The notes beneath the pieces are model-generated. The model was not told where the DNA came from and ran no database searches. It was given only the letters and a program-made list of their open reading frames with translations. DNA of 60,384 nucleotides, the filler included. It is 5 parts of 5 records of this genome, joined end to end, with 100 filler letters (N's around TTAATTAATTAA, not from the genome) between each part and the next. Parts side by side here need not be neighbours in the genome. Positions count along the whole stretch, not along the records: positions 1 to 12,017 come from DRR378314_723; 4 more parts are not named here. One strand, given 5' to 3'. This document shows, piece by piece, positions 1 to 9,945 of the stretch (positions are counted from its first letter, which is position 1; the number at the start of each line of letters is the position of its first letter). Position numbers and translations under genes: made by a program.

Positions 1-346
1 ACCGGGTCAGTTCTCAATGAAAACCAACAGTTTTGTAAATTCCGCAGCGTAAACCAACTTATTTTAGGCGGTTTGGGGCGTATTTTTGTCAATCTTTGAG
101 ATCGTTCCGGCCGTGATGGTAAGCCTGTTTGCGACTAAAGGCCAGTCTGGAAGTTGCATCCAACGGGCGTGTTTTGGGTGTTTTATTCGCTTTTATGGTG
201 TGATCGTCGTGTTTGCCGGGGGCGTAACATGGGAAACTTGGGCAACTGCCTGTTGGCGGGCGCGGCGGGGGTTGGCAGCGCCTCTGCCGCGCGATAACTT
301 CGGTGCAAGCGCCCCGGGGAGGGGCGCATCAACGGGAGAAACACCA

Positions 347-1363
347 ATGACTAAATTTTTGAGCGGCGCAGCTGTCTGCGCCATCTCTTTCGCGTTTGCA
401 TCACAGGCTGCGGCCACAGAATGGAACGTGTCCGTCTGGGGCAAGCGCCGCGCCTTTACAGAGCATGTTGAAAAGCTGGCCGAGCTGGTCAGCGAAAAAA
501 CCGGTGGCGAATTCACCATGAACGTCAGCTATGGCGGCCTGTCCAAGAACCGCGAGAATCTTGATGGTATCTCTATCGGTGCCTTTGAGATGGCCCAGTT
601 CTGCGCCGGCTATCATGCGGATAAAAACCGCGTTGTGACTGTGCTTGAACTGCCGTTCCTTGGCGTTGAGAACCTGGAGCAAGAGCGTGCGGTTTCCAAA
701 GCGGTCTATTCGCATCCTGCTGCCGCCGAAGAAATGGCGCAGTGGAACGCAAAACTGCTGATGACCTCGCCCATGCCACAGTACAATATTGTGGGCACCG
801 GAGATCCGCGCATGACGCTGGAAGATTTCAAAGGCATGCGTGTACGTGCAACGGGTGGTCTGGGCCGTGCATTCGAGGCGGTTGGCGCTGTGCCCACATC
901 CGTCACCGCGACCGAAGCTTATCAGGCAATGGAATCCGGTGTTGTTGATACGGTGGCCTTCGCCCAGCACGCGCACCTGTCCTTTGGCACGATCAATCAG
1001 GCGGATTGGTGGACGGCCAACCTGAACCCCGGCACTGTGAACTGCCCGGTTGTTGTGAACATCGACGCCTATGAAGCACTGTCGGATAAAGAGCGTGAAG
1101 CGCTGGATTCCTCCGTGGAGGAATCACTGGACCACTATCTGGCCAACTACGGCGAATTGCTGAAAAAATGGGATTCGGTGCTGGAAGAGAAGGGCGTCAA
1201 GAAAGTCGAGATTGCACCGGAAGTGATCGAGGAATTCCGCGCGGCGGCTGCGGCCCCTGCACGTGACGCATGGATTGCAGACATGGAAGCGCAGGGCCTG
1301 CCGGGTCAGGAGCTTTATGATCTGGTGGTCAAGACATTGGCGGATGCCAAAAGCGGCAGCTAA
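347..1363 (+). CDS. dctP: TRAP transporter substrate-binding protein (DctP family)
   Basis: Signal peptide MTKFLSGAAVCAISFAFASQAAA after GGAG RBS; DFKGMRVR and EAYQAMESGVVD motifs; followed by dctQ/dctM. Start moved from 86 to ATG 347. Confidence 0.92.
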   Translation: MTKFLSGAAVCAISFAFASQAAATEWNVSVWGKRRAFTEHVEKLAELVSEKTGGEFTMNVSYGGLSKNRENLDGISIGAFEMAQFCAGYHADKNRVVTVLELPFLGVENLEQERAVSKAVYSHPAAAEEMAQWNAKLLMTSPMPQYNIVGTGDPRMTLEDFKGMRVRATGGLGRAFEAVGAVPTSVTATEAYQAMESGVVDTVAFAQHAHLSFGTINQADWWTANLNPGTVNCPVVVNIDAYEALSDKEREALDSSVEESLDHYLANYGELLKKWDSVLEEKGVKKVEIAPEVIEEFRAAAAAPARDAWIADMEAQGLPGQELYDLVVKTLADAKSGS

Positions 1364-1461
1364 GCCGGTGACATGACCGGCGGGATCAACCCCGCCCTGC
1401 GGTGCAGTATGCCGTAGGGCGGGGATAACCCCGCCACCCCTCCAAAACAAAGGATATCGCC

Positions 1462-2091
1462 ATGGCAGGCTCGGCCGCAGTGCTGGAAGATTCCAGTCTC
1501 CTCAGTAAACTTGACCGAATGTTGCTGCCGATCGAGCGTTTTTGTGCGCTGCTTTCTGGCTTGGCGATATTCTCCCTTATGTTTCTCGCCGCCTATTCGG
1601 TGACATCGCGCAAGTTTTTTGGCGCACCGATGATGGGTTATGTCGATTACATCGAAGCCGCCATGCCAATTATCGCCATCATGGGCGTGTCCTATGTGCA
1701 GCGCGACGGCACCCATATCCGCATGGATATGCTGGTTTCCGCGCTTAAGGGCCGTGTGCTGTGGCTGTTCGAACTGGTCTCCGTAGTCTTGATCCTGATC
1801 CTTATTGTCGCGCTGACCTATGGCGCATGGGAGCATTTCGACCGTTCCTTTGATTGCGCCCGCCCGCTGTGCAGTCGTGACAGTTCCATTGATGTGGGAC
1901 TGCCGATCTGGCCCAGCAAACTGGTGGTGCCGATTGCTTTTGGCGTGCTGGTGTTGCGGTTGTTGTTGCAAACCTGGGGATATGGCCGCGCGCTGGTGCT
2001 TGGGCTGGAAAACCCGGTAGCGGTACCACTGAACCTTTCTGTTGCGGAACAGGCCATGCTTGAGGCCAAGGCGCTGGAAGGGGCTGACTAA
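1462..2091 (+). CDS. dctQ: TRAP transporter small permease
   Basis: Four hydrophobic segments, HIRMD motif, lies between dctP and dctM. Confidence 0.9.
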   Translation: MAGSAAVLEDSSLLSKLDRMLLPIERFCALLSGLAIFSLMFLAAYSVTSRKFFGAPMMGYVDYIEAAMPIIAIMGVSYVQRDGTHIRMDMLVSALKGRVLWLFELVSVVLILILIVALTYGAWEHFDRSFDCARPLCSRDSSIDVGLPIWPSKLVVPIAFGVLVLRLLLQTWGYGRALVLGLENPVAVPLNLSVAEQAMLEAKALEGAD

Positions 2092-2190
2092 GATGTTTCC
2101 AAGAAAAATTAAAAATAACCACTCGACGGGCCCGTTCGTCCAGAGCGAAAGACAAGGCCAGCCGATGCAACTAGAACTGGGAACATCCTG

Positions 2191-3591
2191 ATGGAACCGA
2201 TTGAGATTGGCATATGGGTGTCCGCAGGGATGCTGGTGTTTGTGGTGCTTGGCATGCGCGTGGCCTTTGCCGCCGCGATGGCCGGGTTTGTCGGGCTGGT
2301 TTGGCTGCGTTGGAACGGGTTTGACTATGATCCCGATAGGTTCTGGAAAGCCGTTGAAATCAGCGTGAAAATTGCGGGTCTTACACCGCATTCCAAAGTC
2401 TCGGCGCAGGTGTTGTCGTTGATCCCGGTCTTCATCATGATCGGCTATCTGGCCTATTACGCCAAACTGACCACAGCCCTTTTCGAGGCCTGTAAACGCT
2501 GGTTCGCATGGGTGCCGGGCGGGCTTGCGGTCTCGACCGTTTTTGCCACTGCCGGTTTTGCCGCAGTATCCGGTGCATCGGTGGCCACGGCAGCGGTGTT
2601 TGCCCGTATCGCCATCCCCGAAATGCTGAAGATCGGGTATAATAAACAATTCGCCGCCGGTGTGGTTGCGGCAGGGGGCACCTTGGCCTCTCTGATCCCA
2701 CCATCGGCGATCCTCGTCATCTATGCGATCATTGTGGAGCAGGACGTGGGTAAACTTTTGCTCGCGGGCTTTATCCCCGGTGCATTTTCTGCGGTGGTCT
2801 ACGCCGCATTGATCATCGGCATTGCGATGATCTGGAAAAATGTTGGCCCGCCGGTCACAGGCTATTCATGGGGCGAGCGGTTTGCCTCTATCCCACCGGC
2901 ATCGCCGATTTTTGCGGTTGTGATCATCATCATCTTCTTTGTTTACAACCCCTTTGGGGATGCATGGGGCACCCCGACCGAAGGTGGCGCCGTGGGCGCG
3001 TTCATCGTGTTCCTGATGGCCCTGTGGAAAGGCATGCGCTGGACCCAGCTGCGCGAGGCGCTGCTGGACACGGCCAAGCTGACGGTGATGATTTTCACCA
3101 TCATCTGGGGCGTGTTGATCTACGTGCGCTTCCTTGGCTTTGCTGAACTGCCGGATGCTTTTGCAAGCTGGATCACCTCACTTGATATGGCCCCGCTGAC
3201 CATCCTGATCTGTATCCTATTGGCCTATGCGGTGCTGGGCATGTTCATGGATGCCATCGGTATGTTGCTGCTGACCTTGCCTGTGGTGTACCCGGCCGTG
3301 ATGGCGCTGAATGGCGGTGAAAACGTACTGGCGGCGGACTCTGCCTTTGGCATGTCGGGGCAGATGTGTGCCATCTGGTTTGGCATTCTGGTGGTGAAAA
3401 TGGCAGAGTTCTGTCTGATCACCCCGCCGATTGGTCTGAACTGTTTTGTGGTCGCCGGTGTGCGCGATGATCTGACGGTTCAGGACGTTTTCAAAGGTGT
3501 GACACCGTTCTTCCTGGCAGATGGTGTGACAATTGCACTGCTGGTTGCCTTCCCAAGCATTGTTTTATGGCTGCCCTCACTGGTGGGCTGA
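2191..3591 (+). CDS. dctM: TRAP transporter large permease
   Basis: Polytopic membrane protein with SGASVA, GTLASLIPPS and ITPPIGLN motifs. Confidence 0.95.
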   Translation: MEPIEIGIWVSAGMLVFVVLGMRVAFAAAMAGFVGLVWLRWNGFDYDPDRFWKAVEISVKIAGLTPHSKVSAQVLSLIPVFIMIGYLAYYAKLTTALFEACKRWFAWVPGGLAVSTVFATAGFAAVSGASVATAAVFARIAIPEMLKIGYNKQFAAGVVAAGGTLASLIPPSAILVIYAIIVEQDVGKLLLAGFIPGAFSAVVYAALIIGIAMIWKNVGPPVTGYSWGERFASIPPASPIFAVVIIIIFFVYNPFGDAWGTPTEGGAVGAFIVFLMALWKGMRWTQLREALLDTAKLTVMIFTIIWGVLIYVRFLGFAELPDAFASWITSLDMAPLTILICILLAYAVLGMFMDAIGMLLLTLPVVYPAVMALNGGENVLAADSAFGMSGQMCAIWFGILVVKMAEFCLITPPIGLNCFVVAGVRDDLTVQDVFKGVTPFFLADGVTIALLVAFPSIVLWLPSLVG

Positions 3592-3615
3592 CGCCCCGAT
3601 TATAGGAGAAACACC

Positions 3616-4779
3616 ATGGCTGTTCTGCCCATCATAGACGCCAGCACGGAAGAGTTGACGGAGATCTTCAAGGATCTGCATGCCCATCCTGAAATCGGGT
3701 TCACCGAAACCCGCACCGCTGGCATCGTTGCGGATAAGCTGCGCGAATACGGTGTCGACGAGGTGCATGTGGGCATTGGCCAGACCGGTGTTGTCGGGAT
3801 CATCAAAGGCAAGCGCGCAGGGCCGCGTCGGATCGGGGTCCGTGCGGATATGGACGCGCTGCCGATTAGCGAGGAGACCAACCTTGCCTACGCCTCGACC
3901 AATCCCGGTGTGATGCATGCCTGTGGTCACGACAGCCATACAACCATGCTGTTGGGCGCGGCGAAACATCTGGCGGCAACCCGTGATTTTGCGGGGACAG
4001 CCGTGATGATTTTCCAACCCGCGGAAGAGGGGCTTGGCGGCGCGCGTGACATGATCAGGGACGGATTGTTTGACCGGTTCCCCTGTGACGAGGTTTACGG
4101 CATGCACAACTCTCCGAACGGCACACCGGGGTCTGTGGGAATCTGCAAAGGGGCGGCGATGGCAGGCGCATCTTTTTTCGACATTACGGTGCAGGGCAAG
4201 GGCAGCCACGCGGCCATGCCGCATCAATCACGCGACCCGCTGGTGATCGCGTCTAACCTGGTGGGCAGCCTGCAAACCATCCTGTCACGCAATGTGGCCC
4301 CGCTGGACACCTGTGTCTTGTCCGTCACGCAGCTGCACGCCGGTGCCGCCTATAACGTGGTGCCAGATACGGCGACCCTTGCGGGTACGATCCGCTATTT
4401 CAAGGATGAAGTCTGCGCCCTTGCCGAAACCCGCATGCGCGAACTTTGTGCGGGTTTCGCAGTGGCTTATGGCGTCACGATCAACATCGATGTGCGCAAT
4501 GTCTTTGACGTGCTGATGAACGACAGCGAACTGTCGGATGCCTATATGGAGGCTGCCGCTGACATCGTGGGGCGCGAGAACATCAGCGACACGGATCAGC
4601 CTGCGACCGGTTCGGAAGATTTCGCGGATATGCTCAAGGTCATTCCCGGTGCCTATTGCCGGATCGGTCATTCCGGCACCACAGGGCTGCACAACCCCAG
4701 CTTCTTCCTTGATCCCGAGGTGCTGCCCGTCGGCGCCTCGATCATGGCGCGGATTGTGGAACGGCGGTTGGTGGCGTAA
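3616..4779 (+). CDS. M20D family amidohydrolase (hippurate hydrolase-like)
   Basis: HAHPEIGF, RADMDALP, MHACGHDSH, FQPAEEG, GSHAAMPH and SEDF motifs. Confidence 0.93.
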   Translation: MAVLPIIDASTEELTEIFKDLHAHPEIGFTETRTAGIVADKLREYGVDEVHVGIGQTGVVGIIKGKRAGPRRIGVRADMDALPISEETNLAYASTNPGVMHACGHDSHTTMLLGAAKHLAATRDFAGTAVMIFQPAEEGLGGARDMIRDGLFDRFPCDEVYGMHNSPNGTPGSVGICKGAAMAGASFFDITVQGKGSHAAMPHQSRDPLVIASNLVGSLQTILSRNVAPLDTCVLSVTQLHAGAAYNVVPDTATLAGTIRYFKDEVCALAETRMRELCAGFAVAYGVTINIDVRNVFDVLMNDSELSDAYMEAAADIVGRENISDTDQPATGSEDFADMLKVIPGAYCRIGHSGTTGLHNPSFFLDPEVLPVGASIMARIVERRLVA

Positions 4780-4817
4780 AGGGGACGCTACTGACGTCCC
4801 AACTACAAAGACCCGAC

Positions 4818-5819
4818 ATGCTGCTTGATCAACACGCACGGCTTTCTGTCGCCCCGATGATGGATTGGACCGACCGCCACTGCCGGTATTTGCATCGGCT
4901 GCTCAGCCGCAACGCGCTGCTTTATACCGAGATGGTTACCTCTCCCGCATTGGTGCGGGGTGGGGTATTGCATCTGCTGGATCACGATGTGTCTGAACAT
5001 CCCGTGGCGCTGCAATTGGGTGGTTCCGATCCGGTTGAACTGGCCAAGGCGGCCAAGCTGGGCGCGGATGCAGGCTATGACGAGATCAATCTGAACGTGG
5101 GTTGCCCCTCGGATCGGGTGCAATCGGGCTGTTTTGGCGCGGTGTTGATGGAACGTCCCGCGTTGGTGGCGGAATGCGTGGCCGAGATGCGCGCGGCGGT
5201 GGACGTCGATGTCACCGTGAAATGCCGCATCGGTGTGGATGAACAGAACCCCGAAGAGGTGCTGCCCGAGTTTTTGGCACAGGTCATTGCAACGGGTTGT
5301 ACCCGTGTGCAAATCCACGCCCGCAAGGCGTGGCTGAAAGGGCTGTCCCCTAAAGAAAACCGCGATATTCCGCCGCTTGATTACCCTTTGGTGCAGCAGA
5401 TGAAACAGTATTTCCCGAACCTGCATATTTCGATTAACGGGGGCATTACCTCGCTGGATCAGGCGGTTGCGCTGCTCGACAGCGGTTTGGACGGGGTGAT
5501 GATCGGGCGGGCCGCCTATCACCAAGCGGGGGACATTCTAAGCACTGCGGACCGCAGGATTTACGGGCAGGGCGAAGATACCACCGCGGAGGATGCGGTG
5601 CGTGCCATGCTGCCCTACATAGAGGCGCATTTGAGTGCCGGTGGCAGGTTGAATCAGATCACCCGCCATATGATGGGGCTGTTCACGGGACGGCCCGGTG
5701 CGCGGATCTGGCGGCGCATCCTGTCGGAAGGGGCGTCAAAGCCCGGGGCAGGGCCGGAACTGGTATTGGAAGCACTGGCCAGCATCGAAACACTGGCAGC
5801 TGCGCAGGAAGCCCTGTAA
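4818..5819 (+). CDS. dusA: tRNA-dihydrouridine(20/20a) synthase DusA
   Basis: VAPMMDWTDRH, EINLNVGCPSDRVQSG, HARKAWLKGLSPKENR, GVMIGRAAY. Confidence 0.95.
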   Translation: MLLDQHARLSVAPMMDWTDRHCRYLHRLLSRNALLYTEMVTSPALVRGGVLHLLDHDVSEHPVALQLGGSDPVELAKAAKLGADAGYDEINLNVGCPSDRVQSGCFGAVLMERPALVAECVAEMRAAVDVDVTVKCRIGVDEQNPEEVLPEFLAQVIATGCTRVQIHARKAWLKGLSPKENRDIPPLDYPLVQQMKQYFPNLHISINGGITSLDQAVALLDSGLDGVMIGRAAYHQAGDILSTADRRIYGQGEDTTAEDAVRAMLPYIEAHLSAGGRLNQITRHMMGLFTGRPGARIWRRILSEGASKPGAGPELVLEALASIETLAAAQEAL

Positions 5820-5848
5820 CAGTCGGGAAACAACAGCGGAGCCTCCCC

Positions 5849-6667
5849 ATGCCGGAAACCATGTTATTGATCCAGATGACCCTGTTCCTGCTGGTGATCG
5901 GTGCCTTTGCCGGCGTGCTGGCCGGATTGCTGGGCGTTGGTGGCGGCATCGTTCTCGTACCCGCTTTTTTCTATTCTTTCCATGCGCTTGGCTTTGATGG
6001 GCCACAGTTGATGCAGATGTGTCTGGCGACGTCACTGGCGACAATTGTGGTGACCTCCCTGCGCTCGGTTCTGAGCCATAACAAGAAGGGGGCCGTTGAT
6101 TGGGACATCCTGCGCGGCTGGGCCCCGGGGATTGTCATCGGGGCCAGCCTGGGTGTGCTGATGGTCGCGCAGCTGCGTTCGAGCACATTGCAAATGGTGT
6201 TTGGTGTGCTGGGGCTGACGATCGGGCTCTACCTTGGGTTTGGGCGCTCTGAATGGCGGTTGGGACAGAAGATGCCGGTGGGACTGGCACGCGCGGTCAT
6301 GTCGCCGGTGCTGGGTTTCCTGTCTGTGCTTCTGGGTATTGGCGGGGGCAGTTTCGGGGTGCCGGTGATGACGCTTTACAACACGCCGATGCACCGTGCG
6401 GTGGCAACCGCTGCCGGGTTTGGCATGCTGATTGCGGTGCCTGCGGTGATCGGGTTTCTGTTTGTCCCGATGCAGGGGGCGGTGCCGCCCTTTACCCTTG
6501 GGCTGGTGAACCTGCCAGCCTTTGGCATCATCATTGCGATGACCCTGATCACCGCCCCTTTGGGGGTGAAAATCGCGCATATGATGGACCCCAAGCCGCT
6601 TAAACGTGTGTTCGCAGTGTTTCTGATAGCGGTGGCGCTGAACATGCTGCGCAAAGCGTTGATGTGA
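5849..6667 (+). CDS. Sulfite exporter TauE/SafE family membrane protein
   Basis: Duplicated GLLGVGGG / LLGIGGG motifs, A..TSL motif, about 8 TM segments. Confidence 0.9.
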   Translation: MPETMLLIQMTLFLLVIGAFAGVLAGLLGVGGGIVLVPAFFYSFHALGFDGPQLMQMCLATSLATIVVTSLRSVLSHNKKGAVDWDILRGWAPGIVIGASLGVLMVAQLRSSTLQMVFGVLGLTIGLYLGFGRSEWRLGQKMPVGLARAVMSPVLGFLSVLLGIGGGSFGVPVMTLYNTPMHRAVATAAGFGMLIAVPAVIGFLFVPMQGAVPPFTLGLVNLPAFGIIIAMTLITAPLGVKIAHMMDPKPLKRVFAVFLIAVALNMLRKALM

Positions 6668-7416
6668 TGCGGGGCGGCCTTGCCGTCTTTGACGTTGATC
6701 CCCGTGTGGTAATATGGGCCGAAGCCGCTCATAAGCTGGCCTGCCGAACGGCTGAAAATCCGGCACTCAGGGCAGCAAACCTGCGCCATGGCGATACATG
6801 GTTTGTCGGGGTGGATGCCCTGCCAAATGCAGCTGACGGCAGCATCGACGGCATAGCACTAGCCGGCCCATGGCAGAACCGGATACCTGAACCCGCCGAA
6901 TGGCACCCGGCGCAGCTGTCCATCGTCTATCCCGGCTATCCGAAGCAGGACCCGGGTGAAAGTGATGCCAACCACCGCTACCGGATCACGCGCCATGCGG
7001 CCCATGTGGACGGGCTGCTGCCGATTGGCCCTGCGCGCCGGCGTTTTCTGTTGGAACCCCACGCGTTTGTCCTTGGCCTGCCATTGAACCACTCAGATGC
7101 GGCACCGCTGATGGTTTGGCCGGACAGCCACCATATCATGGGGGCGGCGTTTCGCGCTTTGGTCGGTGACAATGACCCCTCTACCATTGATCTGACCGAA
7201 GGATATCAGGCGGCCCGTCGTCATGTCTTTGAAACCATCACACCACAGCCGGTGATCGCACAACCGGGGGCGGCCATCCTGTTGCACCGGCATTTGTTAC
7301 ATGGTGTCGCCCCTTGGGCATCTGATGCGACTGCTCCACCAGAGGGCCGGATGATTGCCTATTTCCGCCCACAGTTCAGCGCCGCAGAATGGCTTGCACC
7401 TGATGAGATAATTTGA
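6664..7416 (+). CDS. Hypothetical protein, probable 2OG-Fe(II)/PhyH-like oxygenase fold
   Basis: GTG start overlaps upstream stop; HVD motif, 'PDSH' and distal 'LLHG' resemble the HxD...H triad. Confidence 0.55.
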   Translation: MMRGGLAVFDVDPRVVIWAEAAHKLACRTAENPALRAANLRHGDTWFVGVDALPNAADGSIDGIALAGPWQNRIPEPAEWHPAQLSIVYPGYPKQDPGESDANHRYRITRHAAHVDGLLPIGPARRRFLLEPHAFVLGLPLNHSDAAPLMVWPDSHHIMGAAFRALVGDNDPSTIDLTEGYQAARRHVFETITPQPVIAQPGAAILLHRHLLHGVAPWASDATAPPEGRMIAYFRPQFSAAEWLAPDEII

Positions 7417-7748
7417 CTTTCCCTACAAAGGCCGTTGCGTTGCCCCATTGTTGCCATATGCGCAACGATACTGATCCCAACAAACGCGACATGACAGGAC
7501 CAAGTAAAATGACAGCAATTATCACAGGTGCAGCGGGCAGTATCGCATATTGGGAAAGTGCTTCCCGTCCGATGGCACAGCGGGCATTTGGCACTGATGG
7601 TTCTTTTCAACAGGCCAGCCAGACGCGCTTTGCAAGCCTGAGCGCCTTTGCCGCCAATAGCAACCATGCGCCATCGCATCTTGATTGGGCGGACTCATGG
7701 GACGCAGGCGTTGATTTCCTTTTTAGGATCGCGGGCGCGCGTTAAGCG

Positions 7749-7982
7749 TTACTTTCGGGCCAGCCGCGCCGCACGTCCACCGCGACGTTTGGTGATCTGA
7801 CCCGCACGTGTCGGCAATTCTGCCATGATCTCGCGACGCGCTTCGGGTGTCATGCGGGACCAGCTGCCAATCTCGTCAATGGATCGCAGACAACCGGTGC
7901 ACAATCGCGCCTCGGGGTGTATCACGCAGATCTTGACGCAGGGGCTTTCGACCTCCTCGCGCTTCCAGACCTCATCACTCAT
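7749..7982 (-). CDS. DUF1289 domain Cys-rich small protein
   Basis: SPCVKIC...CTGCLRSIDEI..W pattern; overlaps ruvX stop. Confidence 0.85.
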   Translation of the reverse strand: MSDEVWKREEVESPCVKICVIHPEARLCTGCLRSIDEIGSWSRMTPEARREIMAELPTRAGQITKRRGGRAARLARK

Positions 7983-8464
7983 CTTGCGCTTCCTTCTCTG
8001 CGCAGCACCGCCAACCGGTCCAGCACCCCTTGCAGGATATACCCGGCTGCTACGTGATCAATCACCTCTGCGCGACGTTTGCGGGATGTATCCGCCTCCA
8101 ACAGGGCACGTTCAGCGGCCACAGTGGAAAGACGTTCATCCCAAAAGGTGATGGGCAGCGGTGTTATCTTGTCAAAGTTTCGGGCAAATGCGCGGGTCGA
8201 CTGGCAGCGCGGCCCTTCCGACCCATCCATATTGCGCGGCAGGCCCAGCACCAGCCCACCTATGTTACGATCCGCAATGATCTCGGCAAGGCGCGCCGCA
8301 TCGACGCCGAATTTCTTGCGCCGCACGGTTTCCAGCGGGGTTGCAACACTTAGAAAACTGTCAGATACGGCCACACCAATGGTTTTCTCGCCCAGATCAA
8401 GCCCAATCAATGCCTGCATCGGCGGCAGGGCAGCGACAAAATCGGCCATTTCTTCAAAGATCAT
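7979..8464 (-). CDS. ruvX: YqgF/RuvX RNase H-like nuclease
   Basis: GLDLGEKTIGVAVSD, GLPRNMDG, WDERLST, IDHVAA motifs. Confidence 0.95.
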   Translation of the reverse strand: MIFEEMADFVAALPPMQALIGLDLGEKTIGVAVSDSFLSVATPLETVRRKKFGVDAARLAEIIADRNIGGLVLGLPRNMDGSEGPRCQSTRAFARNFDKITPLPITFWDERLSTVAAERALLEADTSRKRRAEVIDHVAAGYILQGVLDRLAVLRREGSAR

Positions 8465-9687
8465 TCCGCAACCCCCGCCTGAGAACCCGCCGCGCGGATA
8501 ACATCCAAGGCACCGGGATTACCCTCAAACACCTCAATGGCGTTGTTAAAGATGGCGAGCGCCTGATCCGGATTGCCCATCACTGCCAGTGAAGTGATCA
8601 GCCTCGCCCAGTCCTGTGGTGGCCCGCCTTCTGTTGCCAGCCGGTTCGAGAGCCCCTCAACCATACCGCCAATCATCTCCATCCGTTCTTCATTTGTCAT
8701 TTCAGATGCGGCTTCGATGTCCTCAACCGAGGGACCGGGGGCTGCGCCTGCGCCGATCGCGGGAACGGTATAGTTGACACCTGCCAGATAGGCGACTTCC
8801 TCGATCTGCGACAGGATGGGCGCAATCCATGCGGCATCTTCGGGACCACGGCGCAACAGGGCGTCCCACAGCCGGAATCCGATGTCAGGCCGCCCGGTCT
8901 GCACCATCATCAATCCCAGATAATAGCGCGCGCGCTCCTCGGTTTCGTCCCGTGTCAGAGCGGCGCGAAAGGCCACTTCCGCCTCTGGCGATACATAACC
9001 ACCTGCAGCCAGTACCAGAAGTTCGCCGAAATCGGTGGTATCCTGCGCTGTCGCCGCATCCCCCTTGATGCGCAGCACTTGTTCCTGCGCATCTGCTGCT
9101 GCCGCAAAATTCCCGATCCGCGCTTCGTTTTCAGCCAGCAGCTTATTGCCCTGTAAATCTATCGGTCGATTGGCAACGGTTTTGCGCAGCTGTGCCATCA
9201 GATTGCGAAACTCATCCGTGACAGTATCAAGCGGGGTGAACGGTGGCAGGCTGTCCACAGCGGTCTGCTGATCCGGGCGGTTTTCGCGCATACGCTCGGC
9301 AAAGGCGATCCGATCCGCCAGCGCCAGGTCACCATAGCCCGGCTGTCCCAATTGGGCGTAAACCGCAAGGGACCCGCCAATCACGGCAAGGGCGATAACG
9401 ATGACAAGGGGCCGTCCGGGGGCCGTGCCAGTTGGTGCTTTGGCGCGTGATCCGGCGTCTGCCGCCAGAATCCGGCGGGAAATTTCTGTGCGGGTGCGTT
9501 CGGCATCCTCTGCCCCCAGCACCCCGCGCGCCACGTCACGCTCTACATCTGCCAGTTGATCCCGATATACCCCAAGATCGTATTCCACTGCATCGCGGCT
9601 CTGCTCGTTTTGCTGGCGCAGCAATGTACGGCCCAGAATGGCCACAACAAGCACCGACATGGTTGCACAGATCATCCAAAAAATCAT
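8461..9687 (-). CDS. ccmI: c-type cytochrome biogenesis protein CcmI/CycH
   Basis: N-terminal TM, YRDQLADVERD...EISRRIL, second TM followed by LGQP, TPR-like region. Confidence 0.9.
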   Translation of the reverse strand: MIFWMICATMSVLVVAILGRTLLRQQNEQSRDAVEYDLGVYRDQLADVERDVARGVLGAEDAERTRTEISRRILAADAGSRAKAPTGTAPGRPLVIVIALAVIGGSLAVYAQLGQPGYGDLALADRIAFAERMRENRPDQQTAVDSLPPFTPLDTVTDEFRNLMAQLRKTVANRPIDLQGNKLLAENEARIGNFAAAADAQEQVLRIKGDAATAQDTTDFGELLVLAAGGYVSPEAEVAFRAALTRDETEERARYYLGLMMVQTGRPDIGFRLWDALLRRGPEDAAWIAPILSQIEEVAYLAGVNYTVPAIGAGAAPGPSVEDIEAASEMTNEERMEMIGGMVEGLSNRLATEGGPPQDWARLITSLAVMGNPDQALAIFNNAIEVFEGNPGALDVIRAAGSQAGVAE

Positions 9688-9945
9688 GTCACGTCCAATT
9701 CACCCACGGGCTGTTACCCGCTCCCATGTGTCTATGCCCTGCGCCCCGGCGACAAAAGGGGGCAATTGCCCTGCAGACTGCGACAAAGGCAGCACCCGCT
9801 CTCGGCTATTGCAGCGGATGTCGTAAAATTGATAGTAAATGCCGTGGCCAGTATCCTTTTTTCCGCTGATCCGGCCAGAAGAGGGGCTGAGGGGGCGGTG
9901 CCGCACTCCAAACGGGCCACTGCGCTGCTTTCAGGGATTTGTGAT

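Noticed and set aside
86-346. Long N-terminal extension of dctP (similar extensions on soxB, alkB, soxD and the SH3 cassette)
   Set aside because: Downstream ATGs have RBS and family-typical N-termini; the extensions come from longest-ORF calling.
7413-7745. 110-aa ORF between the oxygenase-like gene and DUF1289
   Set aside because: No motif and unclear start; a shorter protein from about 7509 is possible but unsupported.
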